In this document: positions 1-8,354 of the stretch, one piece after another
Numbering within the stretch: position 1 is the first letter of the stretch
Layout of the letters: every line of letters begins with the position of its first letter
Assembly (NCBI GenBank): GCA_963747235.1
Contig: CAVVEU010000034.1
Coordinates: 1-25,699 of the forward strand
Length of the DNA stretch: 25,699 bases
Direction: 5' to 3'
Origin: an uncultured Candidatus Rokubacteria bacterium
GTDB taxonomy: Bacteria; Methylomirabilota; Methylomirabilia; Rokubacteriales; CSP1-6
Notes under the pieces: model-generated
The model's input: the letters and a program-made list of their open reading frames with translations, nothing else
Database searches by the model: none
Told to the model about the DNA's origin: nothing
Translations under genes and position numbers: made by a program

Positions 1-2
1 CG

Positions 3-503
3 CTGTCCACCCTGCTCGACACCAGGGACGCGGCCCTCATCGAGGAAGCCCTGGCGCACTACCGCAGCCGCTACGACGACGTGGGGCTCTTCGAGAACCG
101 GGTATACGACGGCGTTCCCGAGATGCTGGACCTGACCGCGCAGCTCGCACGCTCCATGTTCGTGGCCACCGCCAAGCCCCTGCACGCGGCCGTCCGCATC
201 GTGGGCCACTTCGATCTGGCCCGGCACTTCGCCGGCGTCTACGGGGCGGAGCCGGGCGGGCGGTTCGACGCCAAGATGGATCTACTCGCGCACCTGATCG
301 AGTCGGGCGTGATCCAGGCCGAGACCTCCGTCATGGTCGGCGACCGCGCCAGCGACATCCTGGCCGCGAAGATCAACGGCGTCCGCTCGATCGGCGCGTC
401 GTGGGGCTACGGCGACCCCGGCGAGCTCGCGGGCGCCGGGGTGGATCTGCTCTGCGAGTCCCCGCGCGCGCTCGCGGGCTGCCTGAGCCGCCTGGCGCGG
501 TGA
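3..503 (+). CDS. HAD-family hydrolase (phosphoglycolate phosphatase/5'-nucleotidase-like), 5'-truncated by window edge
   Basis: Frame is open from base 3 ([38 protein letters not shown]...), upstream of the ORF-track start at 81. Has HAD motif II (VATAK), the motif III Lys (DAK), motif IV (MVGDRASD) and the typical 'WGYG..EL..AG.D' tail. Motif I lies outside the window. Confidence 0.88.
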   Translation: MSTLLDTRDAALIEEALAHYRSRYDDVGLFENRVYDGVPEMLDLTAQLARSMFVATAKPLHAAVRIVGHFDLARHFAGVYGAEPGGRFDAKMDLLAHLIESGVIQAETSVMVGDRASDILAAKINGVRSIGASWGYGDPGELAGAGVDLLCESPRALAGCLSRLAR

Positions 504-530
504 CCGCATGGCCGCCACCTTCCAACGAGC

Positions 531-2039
531 CTATCGAGCCGGCTCCACGCTGATCGATCGCCGGCGCAGGCGCCGCGCCACCAGCGGAGCCATGAGGGCG
601 ACCAACCCCAGGAGCAGCAGGGTGGCAGTGAGCGGCCGGCTCACGATCTCCAGCACATTGCCCCGCGCCATGAAGAGCGATTGCCGGAGCGTCTTCTCCA
701 TCATCGGCCCCAGCACCAGCGCGACGACCAGCGGCGAGGGATCGATCGCGAGCTTGCGCAGCCCGTAGCCGAAGATGCCGAAGCCGACCAGCACCCAGAG
801 GTCGAGCTGGCTGTTGTTGAGGCTGTAGGCGCCGACGAGGCAGAGCAGCAGCACCATCGTCGCGAGCACGTGCTGGGGCAGGCGCAGCACGCTCACGAAG
901 ACGCCGACGAGCGGGAGATTGAGGATGAGCAGCAGCACGTTGCCCACGTACATGCTGGCCACCACGCCCCAGAACACCTCGGGCCGCTGGCTGATCAGCA
1001 GCGGGCCGGGCTGGATGCCGGTGATCACCAGCGCGCCCAGCAGGATGGCGGTGGCGGGCGAGAACGGGATCCCCAGCGAGAGCAGCGGCACCATCGCGCC
1101 CGCGGTGGCGGCGTTGTTGGCGGCCTCGGGGCCCGCCACGCCCTCGATCGCCCCGTGGCCGAAGCGCTCCGGCGTCTTCGAGATCCGGCGCTCGAGCGCG
1201 TAGGAGATGAACGTGGAGAGCACCGCGGCGGGCCCCGGGATCAGACCGGTGAAGAAGCCGACCACCGAGCCGCGCGCGATCGGGGCGGCCGACTGCCGCC
1301 ACTCCTCGCGGGTCGGCATCAGCTCGCGCAGCTTCACCGAGACGATCTTCGCGCGCTGGGCGCCCGCCTCCGCGATCAGGAGCACCTCGGCCACGCCGTA
1401 GAGCCCCATGATCACCGGGACCAGCTCGATGCCCTGCGAGAGCTGGGTCGAGCCGAAGGTGAAGCGCCGGATCGCCGAGATCGGCTCCATGCCCACGGTG
1501 CCGAGCGCGAGGCCGATCGCGACCAGCACGAAGGCCTGGAGCACCGAGCCGCCGCTCAGGCGCGAGAGCAGCAGGAGCCCGGCGAAGGCCAGCGCGAAGT
1601 ACTCGGGCGGGCCGAAGCGGAGCGCCTGGTCGGCGAGCCACGAGGAGGCCAGCACGATGCCGACGACGCCGAGGGTGCCGGCCACGAACGAGCCCACCCC
1701 CGCGACGGCCAGGGCGGCGCCCGCGCGTCCCTTGCGCGTCATCTGGTAGCCGTCGATCGCGGTGACGACCGAGCCCGCCTCGCCGGGCACGTTGACCAGG
1801 ATCGAGGTGGTGGAGCCGCCGTACATCGAGCCGTAGTAGATGCCCGCGAGCATGATCAGCGCGGTCGCGGGCTCGAGCGCGAAGGTGGACGGCAGCAGGA
1901 GCGCCATCGCGCCGACCGGCCCGATCCCGGGGAGGATCCCGACCACCGTGCCGATGAGCACCCCGATGAAGCAGGCGAACAGATTGCCCGGCGTCAGCGC
2001 GATCGAGAACCCGTAGGCGAGGCCTTCCAGCGGACCCAC
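531..2039 (-). CDS. tctA: Tripartite tricarboxylate transporter large permease TctA
   Basis: 502 aa, hydrophobic, with TctA signatures [40 protein letters not shown] and LGIP; next to tctB and tctC. Confidence 0.96.
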   Translation of the reverse strand: MGPLEGLAYGFSIALTPGNLFACFIGVLIGTVVGILPGIGPVGAMALLLPSTFALEPATALIMLAGIYYGSMYGGSTTSILVNVPGEAGSVVTAIDGYQMTRKGRAGAALAVAGVGSFVAGTLGVVGIVLASSWLADQALRFGPPEYFALAFAGLLLLSRLSGGSVLQAFVLVAIGLALGTVGMEPISAIRRFTFGSTQLSQGIELVPVIMGLYGVAEVLLIAEAGAQRAKIVSVKLRELMPTREEWRQSAAPIARGSVVGFFTGLIPGPAAVLSTFISYALERRISKTPERFGHGAIEGVAGPEAANNAATAGAMVPLLSLGIPFSPATAILLGALVITGIQPGPLLISQRPEVFWGVVASMYVGNVLLLILNLPLVGVFVSVLRLPQHVLATMVLLLCLVGAYSLNNSQLDLWVLVGFGIFGYGLRKLAIDPSPLVVALVLGPMMEKTLRQSLFMARGNVLEIVSRPLTATLLLLGLVALMAPLVARRLRRRSISVEPAR

Positions 2040-2051
2040 GAGCGCGGCTCC

Positions 2052-2497
2052 TCAGTCGAACAGGAAGCCGTGGGGCAGCGGCACGTTGAGCAGCACGCCG
2101 AAGAGGTAGTACGACACCGCGGCGCTCGCGATGCCGGTCACCACCGCGGAGCGCCAGCCGGCCCCGAGCCACCGCAGGAGCAGCGTCACGAAGACGAGCG
2201 CGGCGACCGGATAGCCCACCCACCGCAGCAGGAAGCAGAACCCGATCAGGGCGACCGCGGTCGCCACGACGCGCACCCGCGCGTCCGCCGGAGTGGCGGG
2301 CTCGGCCGCCGCTTCCGGGCGCGCCGGAACGCGGCCGCCGTCCACACGAGGGCCATGACGGCGCCGAATGCCCCGATGGCGAGCGGGAAGAAGGCCGGCC
2401 CCGGCTTCGCGATGGTCCCGAGCGGCAGGGCGAGCCCGCTCAGCAGGTACGCGCCGCTGGCCGCGACCACGACGAGGGCGACGAACCGCTCGGTCAT
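2052..2497 (-). CDS. tctB: Tripartite tricarboxylate transporter small subunit TctB (apparent 1-nt frameshift near 2318)
   Basis: N-part (2497 frame) has 'PGPAFFP'; C-part (2052 frame) ends '[15 protein letters not shown]'. One extra C in the minus-strand CCC at 2317-2319 joins them into a ~148 aa protein with four TM segments. Confidence 0.88.
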
Positions 2498-2501
2498 CGC
2501 G

Positions 2502-3470
2502 CTACTTCTTCTTCAGCATCCCCAGACGCGTCAGCACCTCGGTGTGGAACTTGTACTCCTTCCAGATGTCCGCCTTGAGCTGATCGCCCGCGCGGTAGTC
2601 GATCTCGATGGCCCGCTGCTTGATCAGGGCGATGAACTGCGGCTCCTCCATCACCGCCTTCGTCGCGTCGTGGATGTACTTCAGCACGGGTCCGGGCGTG
2701 CCCTTGGGCGCCACCAGGATGAACGAGATGCCGCTGGCCGCGTCCCAGCCCAGCTCCTTGGCGGTCGGGACGTCGGGGAAGAACGGGTTCCGCTTCGCCT
2801 GGAAGACCATGAGCGCGCGGAGCTTGCCGCCCTCGGCGAGCGGCCGCACCTCGCCGGGCTGCGCCACCACGCTCTCGATGTGGCCGCCGAGCAGCGCGGG
2901 GCTCGACTCGCCCCAGCCCGCGAACGGCACGTGCGTGATGTTCACGCCCGACAGGCGCTTGAGCTCCTCGAGATTCAGATGGCTCGAGGTCCCTTCGCCG
3001 GGCGAGCCCGCCCGCAGCTTGCCCGGGTTGGCCTTGGCCGCGGCCACGAGCTCCTGCATCGTCTTCCACGGCGCGTCGGCCTTCACCGCGATCAGCGAGT
3101 AGAACGCGACCGTGTTGATGATCGCCTCGTAATCGTCGGGGGTCTTGTACGGCAGATCGTTGAGCTGCGGATGGATGACCAGGGTGGAGATCGGCGCCAG
3201 GATGACGGTATAGCCGTCCGGCTTGGTCTGCACCAGCTCGGCCACCGCGAGCGAGCCGCCGCCGCCCGGCCGGGTGACGACGCCGACGCCCTTCGGGTAC
3301 TTCTTCTTGAGACCCTCCGCCAGGGCGCGGGCCACGATGTCCACCATGCCGCCCGCCGGGTAGCCGCTCAGGATGGTGAGCGGGCGCTCCGGGTACTGGG
3401 CCGCCGCCGGCCAGGCGCCGACGAGCAGGAGCAGTAGAAGGGCCAGGACGCTCGACGCGAAGCGGAACAT
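2502..3470 (-). CDS. tctC: Tripartite tricarboxylate transporter substrate-binding protein (TctC/Bug family)
   Basis: Start moved to ATG 3470 (GGAGGTG RBS at 3480-3474 on minus). Signal peptide ...AWPAAA-QYPERP; Bug motifs YPAGG.VD..AR, PGGGG, PDGYT, HVPFAG, PDVPT, APKGTP. Confidence 0.94.
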   Translation of the reverse strand: MFRFASSVLALLLLLLVGAWPAAAQYPERPLTILSGYPAGGMVDIVARALAEGLKKKYPKGVGVVTRPGGGGSLAVAELVQTKPDGYTVILAPISTLVIHPQLNDLPYKTPDDYEAIINTVAFYSLIAVKADAPWKTMQELVAAAKANPGKLRAGSPGEGTSSHLNLEELKRLSGVNITHVPFAGWGESSPALLGGHIESVVAQPGEVRPLAEGGKLRALMVFQAKRNPFFPDVPTAKELGWDAASGISFILVAPKGTPGPVLKYIHDATKAVMEEPQFIALIKQRAIEIDYRAGDQLKADIWKEYKFHTEVLTRLGMLKKK

Positions 3471-3499
3471 GAGCACCTCCTCGTGCGTAAAGGTGCGGC

Positions 3500-3508
3500 A
3501 TCTTAACA
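3500..3508 (-). promoter_or_regulatory. Candidate extended -10 promoter for tctCBA
   Basis: Minus strand reads TGtTAAGAT (TGn-TAnnnT), about 30 nt upstream of the tctC ATG. No good -35. Confidence 0.45.
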
Positions 3509-3511
3509 CGA

Positions 3512-3540
3512 TTGACACGGCCGGACGGGGCTCCTATGAT
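3512..3540 (+). promoter_or_regulatory. Sigma70-type promoter for the + strand operon
   Basis: TTGACA (3512-3517), 17-bp spacer, TATGAT (3535-3540), in a locally AT-richer intergenic gap. GAGGAG RBS precedes ATG 3596. Confidence 0.8.
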
Positions 3541-3595
3541 ACCGGCCACCTGACCCCCGAAGCGGCGCGCTCACTCAACGCAGAGGAGACAACCC

Positions 3596-4813
3596 ATGGA
3601 TCGGCGCTCATTCCTGGCAACCACCGCGGCTGGTGCCGCGGCCCTGTCGTTCCCGGCCATCCTGCGCGCGCAGAGCAAGGACCCGCTCCGGATCGGCTTC
3701 CCGCTCCCGCTCACCGGGCCCTTCGGCGCGCTCGCGGCCGACCAGCAGCGCGGTGCCACCCTGGCCATGGACGAGCTGAACGCCAAGGGCGGTATCCTCG
3801 GCCGCAAGGTCGAGGTCCTCTTCCGGGACGACCAGCTGAAGCCCGCCGTCGGGGCCCAGCGCACCAAGGAGCTGATCGAGAACGACAAGGTCCAGTTCGT
3901 CGTCGGGGGGCTGGCCGCTCACGTGCAGATGGCCATCAACGAGCAGACCAAGAAGTCCAAGGTGCTCTTCATCTCGGTGAGCCAGTCCGACGAGATCAGC
4001 GCCAAGCCGGACACGAGCCCGTTGACGTTCCACGAAGCCCTGAACCCCACGATCACCAGCCGCGCCGTCGGGACGTGGGTCGCCCAGAACCTCGGCAAGA
4101 AGTGGTGGATCATCTACGCCGACTACGCGTGGGGCAAGCAGAACAACGCGGTCCTCACCGAGACCCTCGCCAAGCAGGGCGGCACCCTGCTCGGCTCGAC
4201 GCCCTACCCGCTCGGCAGCGCCGAGTTCTCGGCCCACCTGCCCAAGATCCAGGCCGCCAAGCCCGAGGTGCTGGTCTCGATGACGCCGGGTGCGGACAAC
4301 ATCGCCTTCCTCAAGCAGATCAACAGCTACGGCATGAAGAAGCAGATGAAGATCGCCCAGCCCCTGGTCTGGCTGCCCCAACTCAAGGAAGGCGGAGGCG
4401 ATCTGTACGCCGACGTCTACGGCGGGACCAGCTTCTACTGGGAGCTCGAGGACTCCATCCCGTCCGCAAAGAAGTACGTGGAGATCTACCAGAAGAAGTA
4501 CAACGCGCCGCCCGGTGACTACGGCGCCTACGGGTTCAGCGGGATCATGGAGGTCGCGCGGGGCTGCGAGCTGGCCAAGACGACGGACTCCGAGGCGGTC
4601 GCCAATGCGCTCCGCAAGAACCCGGTCTACGACCACTACAAGGGCAAGCAGTGGTGGCGGGCCTGCGACAACAAGTCCATCCAGGACCTCTGGATCTGCA
4701 AGGGCCGGGAGCCGGGGAAGGTGAAGGGCGAGTGGGGCTTCGTGGACGTTGTGGCGAAGATCCCCGCCAACGAGGAGCTGGACCGCACCTGCAAGGAAAA
4801 GGGATTCGCCTAG
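3596..4813 (+). CDS. ABC transporter substrate-binding protein, Liv/HAAT family, Tat signal
   Basis: MDRRSFL twin-arginine leader; 'IGFPLPLTGP', 'NAKGGILGRKVE...DD', 'DYAWG'; followed by LivH/LivM permeases. Confidence 0.93.
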   Translation: MDRRSFLATTAAGAAALSFPAILRAQSKDPLRIGFPLPLTGPFGALAADQQRGATLAMDELNAKGGILGRKVEVLFRDDQLKPAVGAQRTKELIENDKVQFVVGGLAAHVQMAINEQTKKSKVLFISVSQSDEISAKPDTSPLTFHEALNPTITSRAVGTWVAQNLGKKWWIIYADYAWGKQNNAVLTETLAKQGGTLLGSTPYPLGSAEFSAHLPKIQAAKPEVLVSMTPGADNIAFLKQINSYGMKKQMKIAQPLVWLPQLKEGGGDLYADVYGGTSFYWELEDSIPSAKKYVEIYQKKYNAPPGDYGAYGFSGIMEVARGCELAKTTDSEAVANALRKNPVYDHYKGKQWWRACDNKSIQDLWICKGREPGKVKGEWGFVDVVAKIPANEELDRTCKEKGFA

Positions 4814-4816
4814 CTC

Positions 4817-5695
4817 GTGCCCGAGCTCTCGACCCTCCTGGCACAGGTCTTCACCGGCCTCGTGCTCGGGATGATCTACGTCCTGCTGGCCATCGGCCTG
4901 TCGTTGATCTTCGGGCTGATGACGGTGGTGAACTTCGCCCACGGCGCCCTCTACATGCTGGGGGCGTACTTCGGCGTCTTCCTGCTCGGCTACACCAAGA
5001 GCTTCTGGGTGGCGCTGATCGTGGCGCCCCTCATGGTCGGTGCGCTGGGGCTGCTCATCGAGCGCTTTCTCATCCGGCGGCTCTACGGCCGCTCCCCCGA
5101 CGATCCGCTGCTGCTGACGTTCGGCCTCTCGCTGATCCTCGTCGAAGGGGTCAAGGTGTTCTGGGGCAAGATCGGCCTCACGCTGGATCCGCCGCGGGCT
5201 CTGGCGGGCGCCGTGGACCTCGGCTTCATGATCTTCCCCGCCTACCGGCTTTTCCTGATCGCGGTCACCGTCGCGGTACTGATCGCCCTCTACTTCTTCC
5301 TGGGACGTACCAATATCGGGCTCATCATCCGCGCGGGCTCGCGTGATCCGCTGATGGTCCGAGCGCTCGGCATCGACCTGGGGCGCGTCTGGCTGATTGT
5401 CTTCGGCATCGGCACCGCGCTCGCGGGGCTGGCCGGCATCCTGGCCGGGCCGATGCGGGGCGCCTACGCCGAGATGGGCGTGACCATGGTGATCGAGTCC
5501 TTCGTGGTCATCGTGGTGGGCGGCATGGGCAGCCTGCTCGGCGCGGTCGTGGCGGGGCTCCTGATCGGTCAGGTGGTGGGGCTCACCACGCTCTTCGTGC
5601 CCAAGCTCGCCGAGATCATGGTGTTCGTGGTGATGGCGGTGGTGCTGCTGGTGCGGCCGAGCGGCCTCTTCGGCGAGGCGGGCCTGGCCGAGTGA
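4817..5695 (+). CDS. livH: Branched-chain amino acid-type ABC permease LivH
   Basis: 'GLSLIFGLMTVVNFAHG', 'GLIIRA', 'VVGGMGS..GA', 'RPSGLFG'. Family-level call; substrate unknown. Confidence 0.93.
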   Translation: MPELSTLLAQVFTGLVLGMIYVLLAIGLSLIFGLMTVVNFAHGALYMLGAYFGVFLLGYTKSFWVALIVAPLMVGALGLLIERFLIRRLYGRSPDDPLLLTFGLSLILVEGVKVFWGKIGLTLDPPRALAGAVDLGFMIFPAYRLFLIAVTVAVLIALYFFLGRTNIGLIIRAGSRDPLMVRALGIDLGRVWLIVFGIGTALAGLAGILAGPMRGAYAEMGVTMVIESFVVIVVGGMGSLLGAVVAGLLIGQVVGLTTLFVPKLAEIMVFVVMAVVLLVRPSGLFGEAGLAE

Positions 5696-6660
5696 GCGCG
5701 CTACGGAGCGCCGCGCTTCGCATAGCCGCGCACCCGGTGCTCGCCTTCTGGGTCTTCTTCGCTCTGTTCCCGTTCATCGTGCCCAACCGCACCATGGCCA
5801 CCCAGGTGCTGATCTTCGGCCTCCTGGCCATGGGCTTCAACCTGCTCTACGGCTACACCGGGTTGCTCTCGTTCGGCCACGCCGCCTACTACGGCCTCGG
5901 CGCCTACGGCTGTGGCATCGCGCTCGCGAAGCTCCACGTGGGCTCGCTCTGGCTCGGGCTCGCCTCGGGACTGCTGCTGGCCGGCCTGGGGGGGCTGGTC
6001 ATCGGCTTCTTCTGCCTCCGCCGCCGCGGGATCTACTTCGCGATGCTGACCCTGGCCTTTGCCCAGCTGCTCTACTTCACCGCCTTCCATCTGGCCGACT
6101 GGACGGGCGGCGACGACGGCCTGCGTGGCATCCCGCAGCTTACCCTGGGGCTGGGGCCCTGGCAGTACTCCGTCGAGACCACGCTCGGGTTCTACTACTT
6201 CTCCTACGTCCTGGTGGCGCTCGCGGTGGGAGCGCTCAAACGTATCCTCGACTCCCCCTTCGGGGCGGTGCTGCGGGCCATTCGCGAGAACACCAGCCGG
6301 GCGGGCGCCTGCGGTTACGACGTCAATCGCGTCAAGCATCTGTCCTTCGTCTTCTCGGCCTGCTTCGCGGGGCTCGCCGGGTCGCTCGACGCGCTGCGCC
6401 TCACCGTCGTGCCGGTGGAATCCTTGTACTGGACCACCTCGGGCCAGACAGTGATGATGACGCTGCTGGGGGGCGCCGGGACCTTCTTCGGTCCCTTCGT
6501 CGGGGCGGCCACGTTCCTCGTGCTGGAGGAGCGCCTGAGTCGGATCATCGAGGCATGGCCGATCGTCATCGGCGCGATCTTCTCCGCGTTCGTCCTGTTC
6601 CTCCCCAAGGGGATCTGGGGCACGCTCACAGGAGGCATCCATGGCCGTCAAAGTGCTTGA
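5692..6660 (+). CDS. livM: Branched-chain amino acid-type ABC permease LivM
   Basis: 'NLLYGYTGLLSFGHAAYYG', 'GIYFAMLTLAF', 'TGGDDG', 'SPFG..LRAIREN', 'LGGAGTF.GP', 'PKGI.G'. GTGA overlap with livH. Confidence 0.93.
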   Translation: MSALRSAALRIAAHPVLAFWVFFALFPFIVPNRTMATQVLIFGLLAMGFNLLYGYTGLLSFGHAAYYGLGAYGCGIALAKLHVGSLWLGLASGLLLAGLGGLVIGFFCLRRRGIYFAMLTLAFAQLLYFTAFHLADWTGGDDGLRGIPQLTLGLGPWQYSVETTLGFYYFSYVLVALAVGALKRILDSPFGAVLRAIRENTSRAGACGYDVNRVKHLSFVFSACFAGLAGSLDALRLTVVPVESLYWTTSGQTVMMTLLGGAGTFFGPFVGAATFLVLEERLSRIIEAWPIVIGAIFSAFVLFLPKGIWGTLTGGIHGRQSA

Positions 6661-7096
6661 GCTCCACCATCACGGCATCCGGGTCGGGCCCTCGCCCGCG
6701 GATGTGAAGAAGGCCTTCGGCTTCTACCACGACGTGCTCGGCCTCGACGCCGATCAGGGTCGCCCGACGATCCCGACGATCGACGGCTACTGGATGGACG
6801 TGGGCGGCACCGCGCAGATCCACCTCATGGGCGTGGACGGGGCGTCCAAGTTCGCCCAGGGCCCCGACAAGGATCCCTCGCGGCCGCACGTGGCCCTCGC
6901 GGTGGCCGACATCCAGGAGGCCAAGGAAGAGCTCACGCGCATGGGCGTGGCGTTCTGGGTGACGACGGGCGTGGTCGGCCCGCAGTCGCAGCAGATCTTC
7001 ATGTACGACCCGTTCGGCAACATGATCGAGCTGCATCAGGCGGACACCTGCCGCTGCGTCACGTCCAACCGCAAGCCCGTCGGGGGCATGAGCTAG
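6641..7096 (+). CDS. VOC (glyoxalase/bleomycin-resistance/dioxygenase) family protein
   Basis: 'LHHHGIRV', 'FYHDVLGL', 'QIHL', 'HVALAVAD', 'DPFGNMIEL'; GGAGG RBS upstream. Candidate His/His/His/Glu metal ligands. Confidence 0.9.
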   Translation: MAVKVLELHHHGIRVGPSPADVKKAFGFYHDVLGLDADQGRPTIPTIDGYWMDVGGTAQIHLMGVDGASKFAQGPDKDPSRPHVALAVADIQEAKEELTRMGVAFWVTTGVVGPQSQQIFMYDPFGNMIELHQADTCRCVTSNRKPVGGMS

Positions 7097-7102
7097 AGCT
7101 TC

Positions 7103-8287
7103 TTGTACACCGCGGCCCAGAAAGCCATCCTGGATCGGGTCGCTCGGCTGACGCGGGAGTCGATTGCCCCGCGCGCGGCCGAGTACGACGCGGCGGGCGC
7201 CAATCCGATCGACTCCTGGCGCGTGCTCGCCCGGGACGGCTTTCTGGGCTCGTGCATTCCCACCGCGCACGGCGGCCTCGGCCTGGACATGCCGACCTAC
7301 ATCGGCGTGATCCGCACCATCGCCCAGGGCTGCGCCAACACCGCGATGACCGTGCACATGCACTCCACGGTCATGCGCTTCATCGACGCGCTCGGCACCG
7401 AGGCGCAGAAGCGCCGCTACTTCGGCGAGGTCGTGCGCGACGGCCGGCTCTTCGGGAGCTGGGGCAGCGAGCCCGCGGTGAGCCTCTCCCGCACCTTCCT
7501 GATGGAGACGGTCGTCCGCCAGGACGGCGACGCCTACGTGGTGGACGGCGTGAAGCACTTCTGCACGATGGCCCTGGGCGCCTCGCACTACATGGTCTGG
7601 TGCGCGCTCGAGGGTGGCACCGACATGAGCAAGGCCATGCTGCAGGTGCTGGTGCCCGCGGACGCCCCCGGCATCGCCACCGACGGCAAGTGGAACACGC
7701 TGGGCATGCGCGCGACCTTCAGCCCCTCGGTCACCTTCACCGGCGTGCGCGTGCCGAAGGACACCGCGCTCGGCGATCCGGGCACCGGGCTCCGGGTGGG
7801 CGTGGTGGAGAGCTTCGCGCTGGGCTACGCCGCGGTCTACCTGGGCATCGCGGAGGGCGCGCTCGCCTTCGCCATCGACTACGCCAGGAAGCGCATCGTG
7901 AAGCCCGAGAACATCCCGGTCGCCCACGATCCCGCGGTGCAGCGGCACATCGGGGAGCTGTCCGCGCATCTCGACGGCGCCCTGCTCGTGCTGGCCGACA
8001 CCGCCGAGCGCTGGGAGGCCGGCGACCTCGTGGAGCGCGGCGTGCTCGGCAACAAGGCCAAGTACCTCGCCACCGAGGTCGGCCTCGCGGTCACCTCCAA
8101 GGTGATCCAGGTGGTGGGCGGCCGCGGCGCCTACAAGGACTTCCCGGCCGAGCGCGCCTTCCGCGACCTCCGCACCTCGACCCTCATGCCGCCCACGGTG
8201 GACCGCATGCTCGAAGGCATCGGCAAGAACGCCCTCGGCATCGAGGGCGCCATGTTCAAGATCGGGCGTGGGGCGAGCGCACGATAG
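7103..8287 (+). CDS. Acyl-CoA dehydrogenase-fold flavoprotein (possibly class D monooxygenase-like)
   Basis: 'SEP', 'DGVKHFCT', 'WNTLGMRAT.S', 'QVVGGRG', 'ERAFRDLR'. The TTG start is uncertain. Confidence 0.9.
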   Translation: MYTAAQKAILDRVARLTRESIAPRAAEYDAAGANPIDSWRVLARDGFLGSCIPTAHGGLGLDMPTYIGVIRTIAQGCANTAMTVHMHSTVMRFIDALGTEAQKRRYFGEVVRDGRLFGSWGSEPAVSLSRTFLMETVVRQDGDAYVVDGVKHFCTMALGASHYMVWCALEGGTDMSKAMLQVLVPADAPGIATDGKWNTLGMRATFSPSVTFTGVRVPKDTALGDPGTGLRVGVVESFALGYAAVYLGIAEGALAFAIDYARKRIVKPENIPVAHDPAVQRHIGELSAHLDGALLVLADTAERWEAGDLVERGVLGNKAKYLATEVGLAVTSKVIQVVGGRGAYKDFPAERAFRDLRTSTLMPPTVDRMLEGIGKNALGIEGAMFKIGRGASAR

Positions 8288-8327
8288 AGAGTCGGGCGGG
8301 TGCAGCCGAGGCGAGCCGACGATCAGA
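8262..8327. repeat. Imperfect two-copy repeat at a gene junction
   Basis: TCGGGCG...GGCGAGCGCACGATAGA (8262-8288) and TCGGGCG...GGCGAGCCGACGATCAGA (8292-8327). Confidence 0.5.
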
Positions 8328-8354
8328 TGAAGCAGGGTCGTCCGCAGCAGCGAC

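Noticed and set aside
681-3437. 918-aa + strand ORF and other long overlapping ORFs (for example 373-2223, 11964-13613, 16838-18925, 23836-25296)
   Set aside because: Antisense or off-frame shadows of well-supported genes in high-GC DNA; Arg/Gly/Ala-rich with no family motifs.
7094-7096. Pyrrolysine recoding of the TAG between the VOC and ACAD genes
   Set aside because: No pyl genes or other support in the window; TAG is used as an ordinary stop in many genes here.
8288-8354. SAM or cobalamin riboswitch ahead of the MetE-like gene
   Set aside because: The gap is too short and lacks recognisable conserved aptamer motifs.
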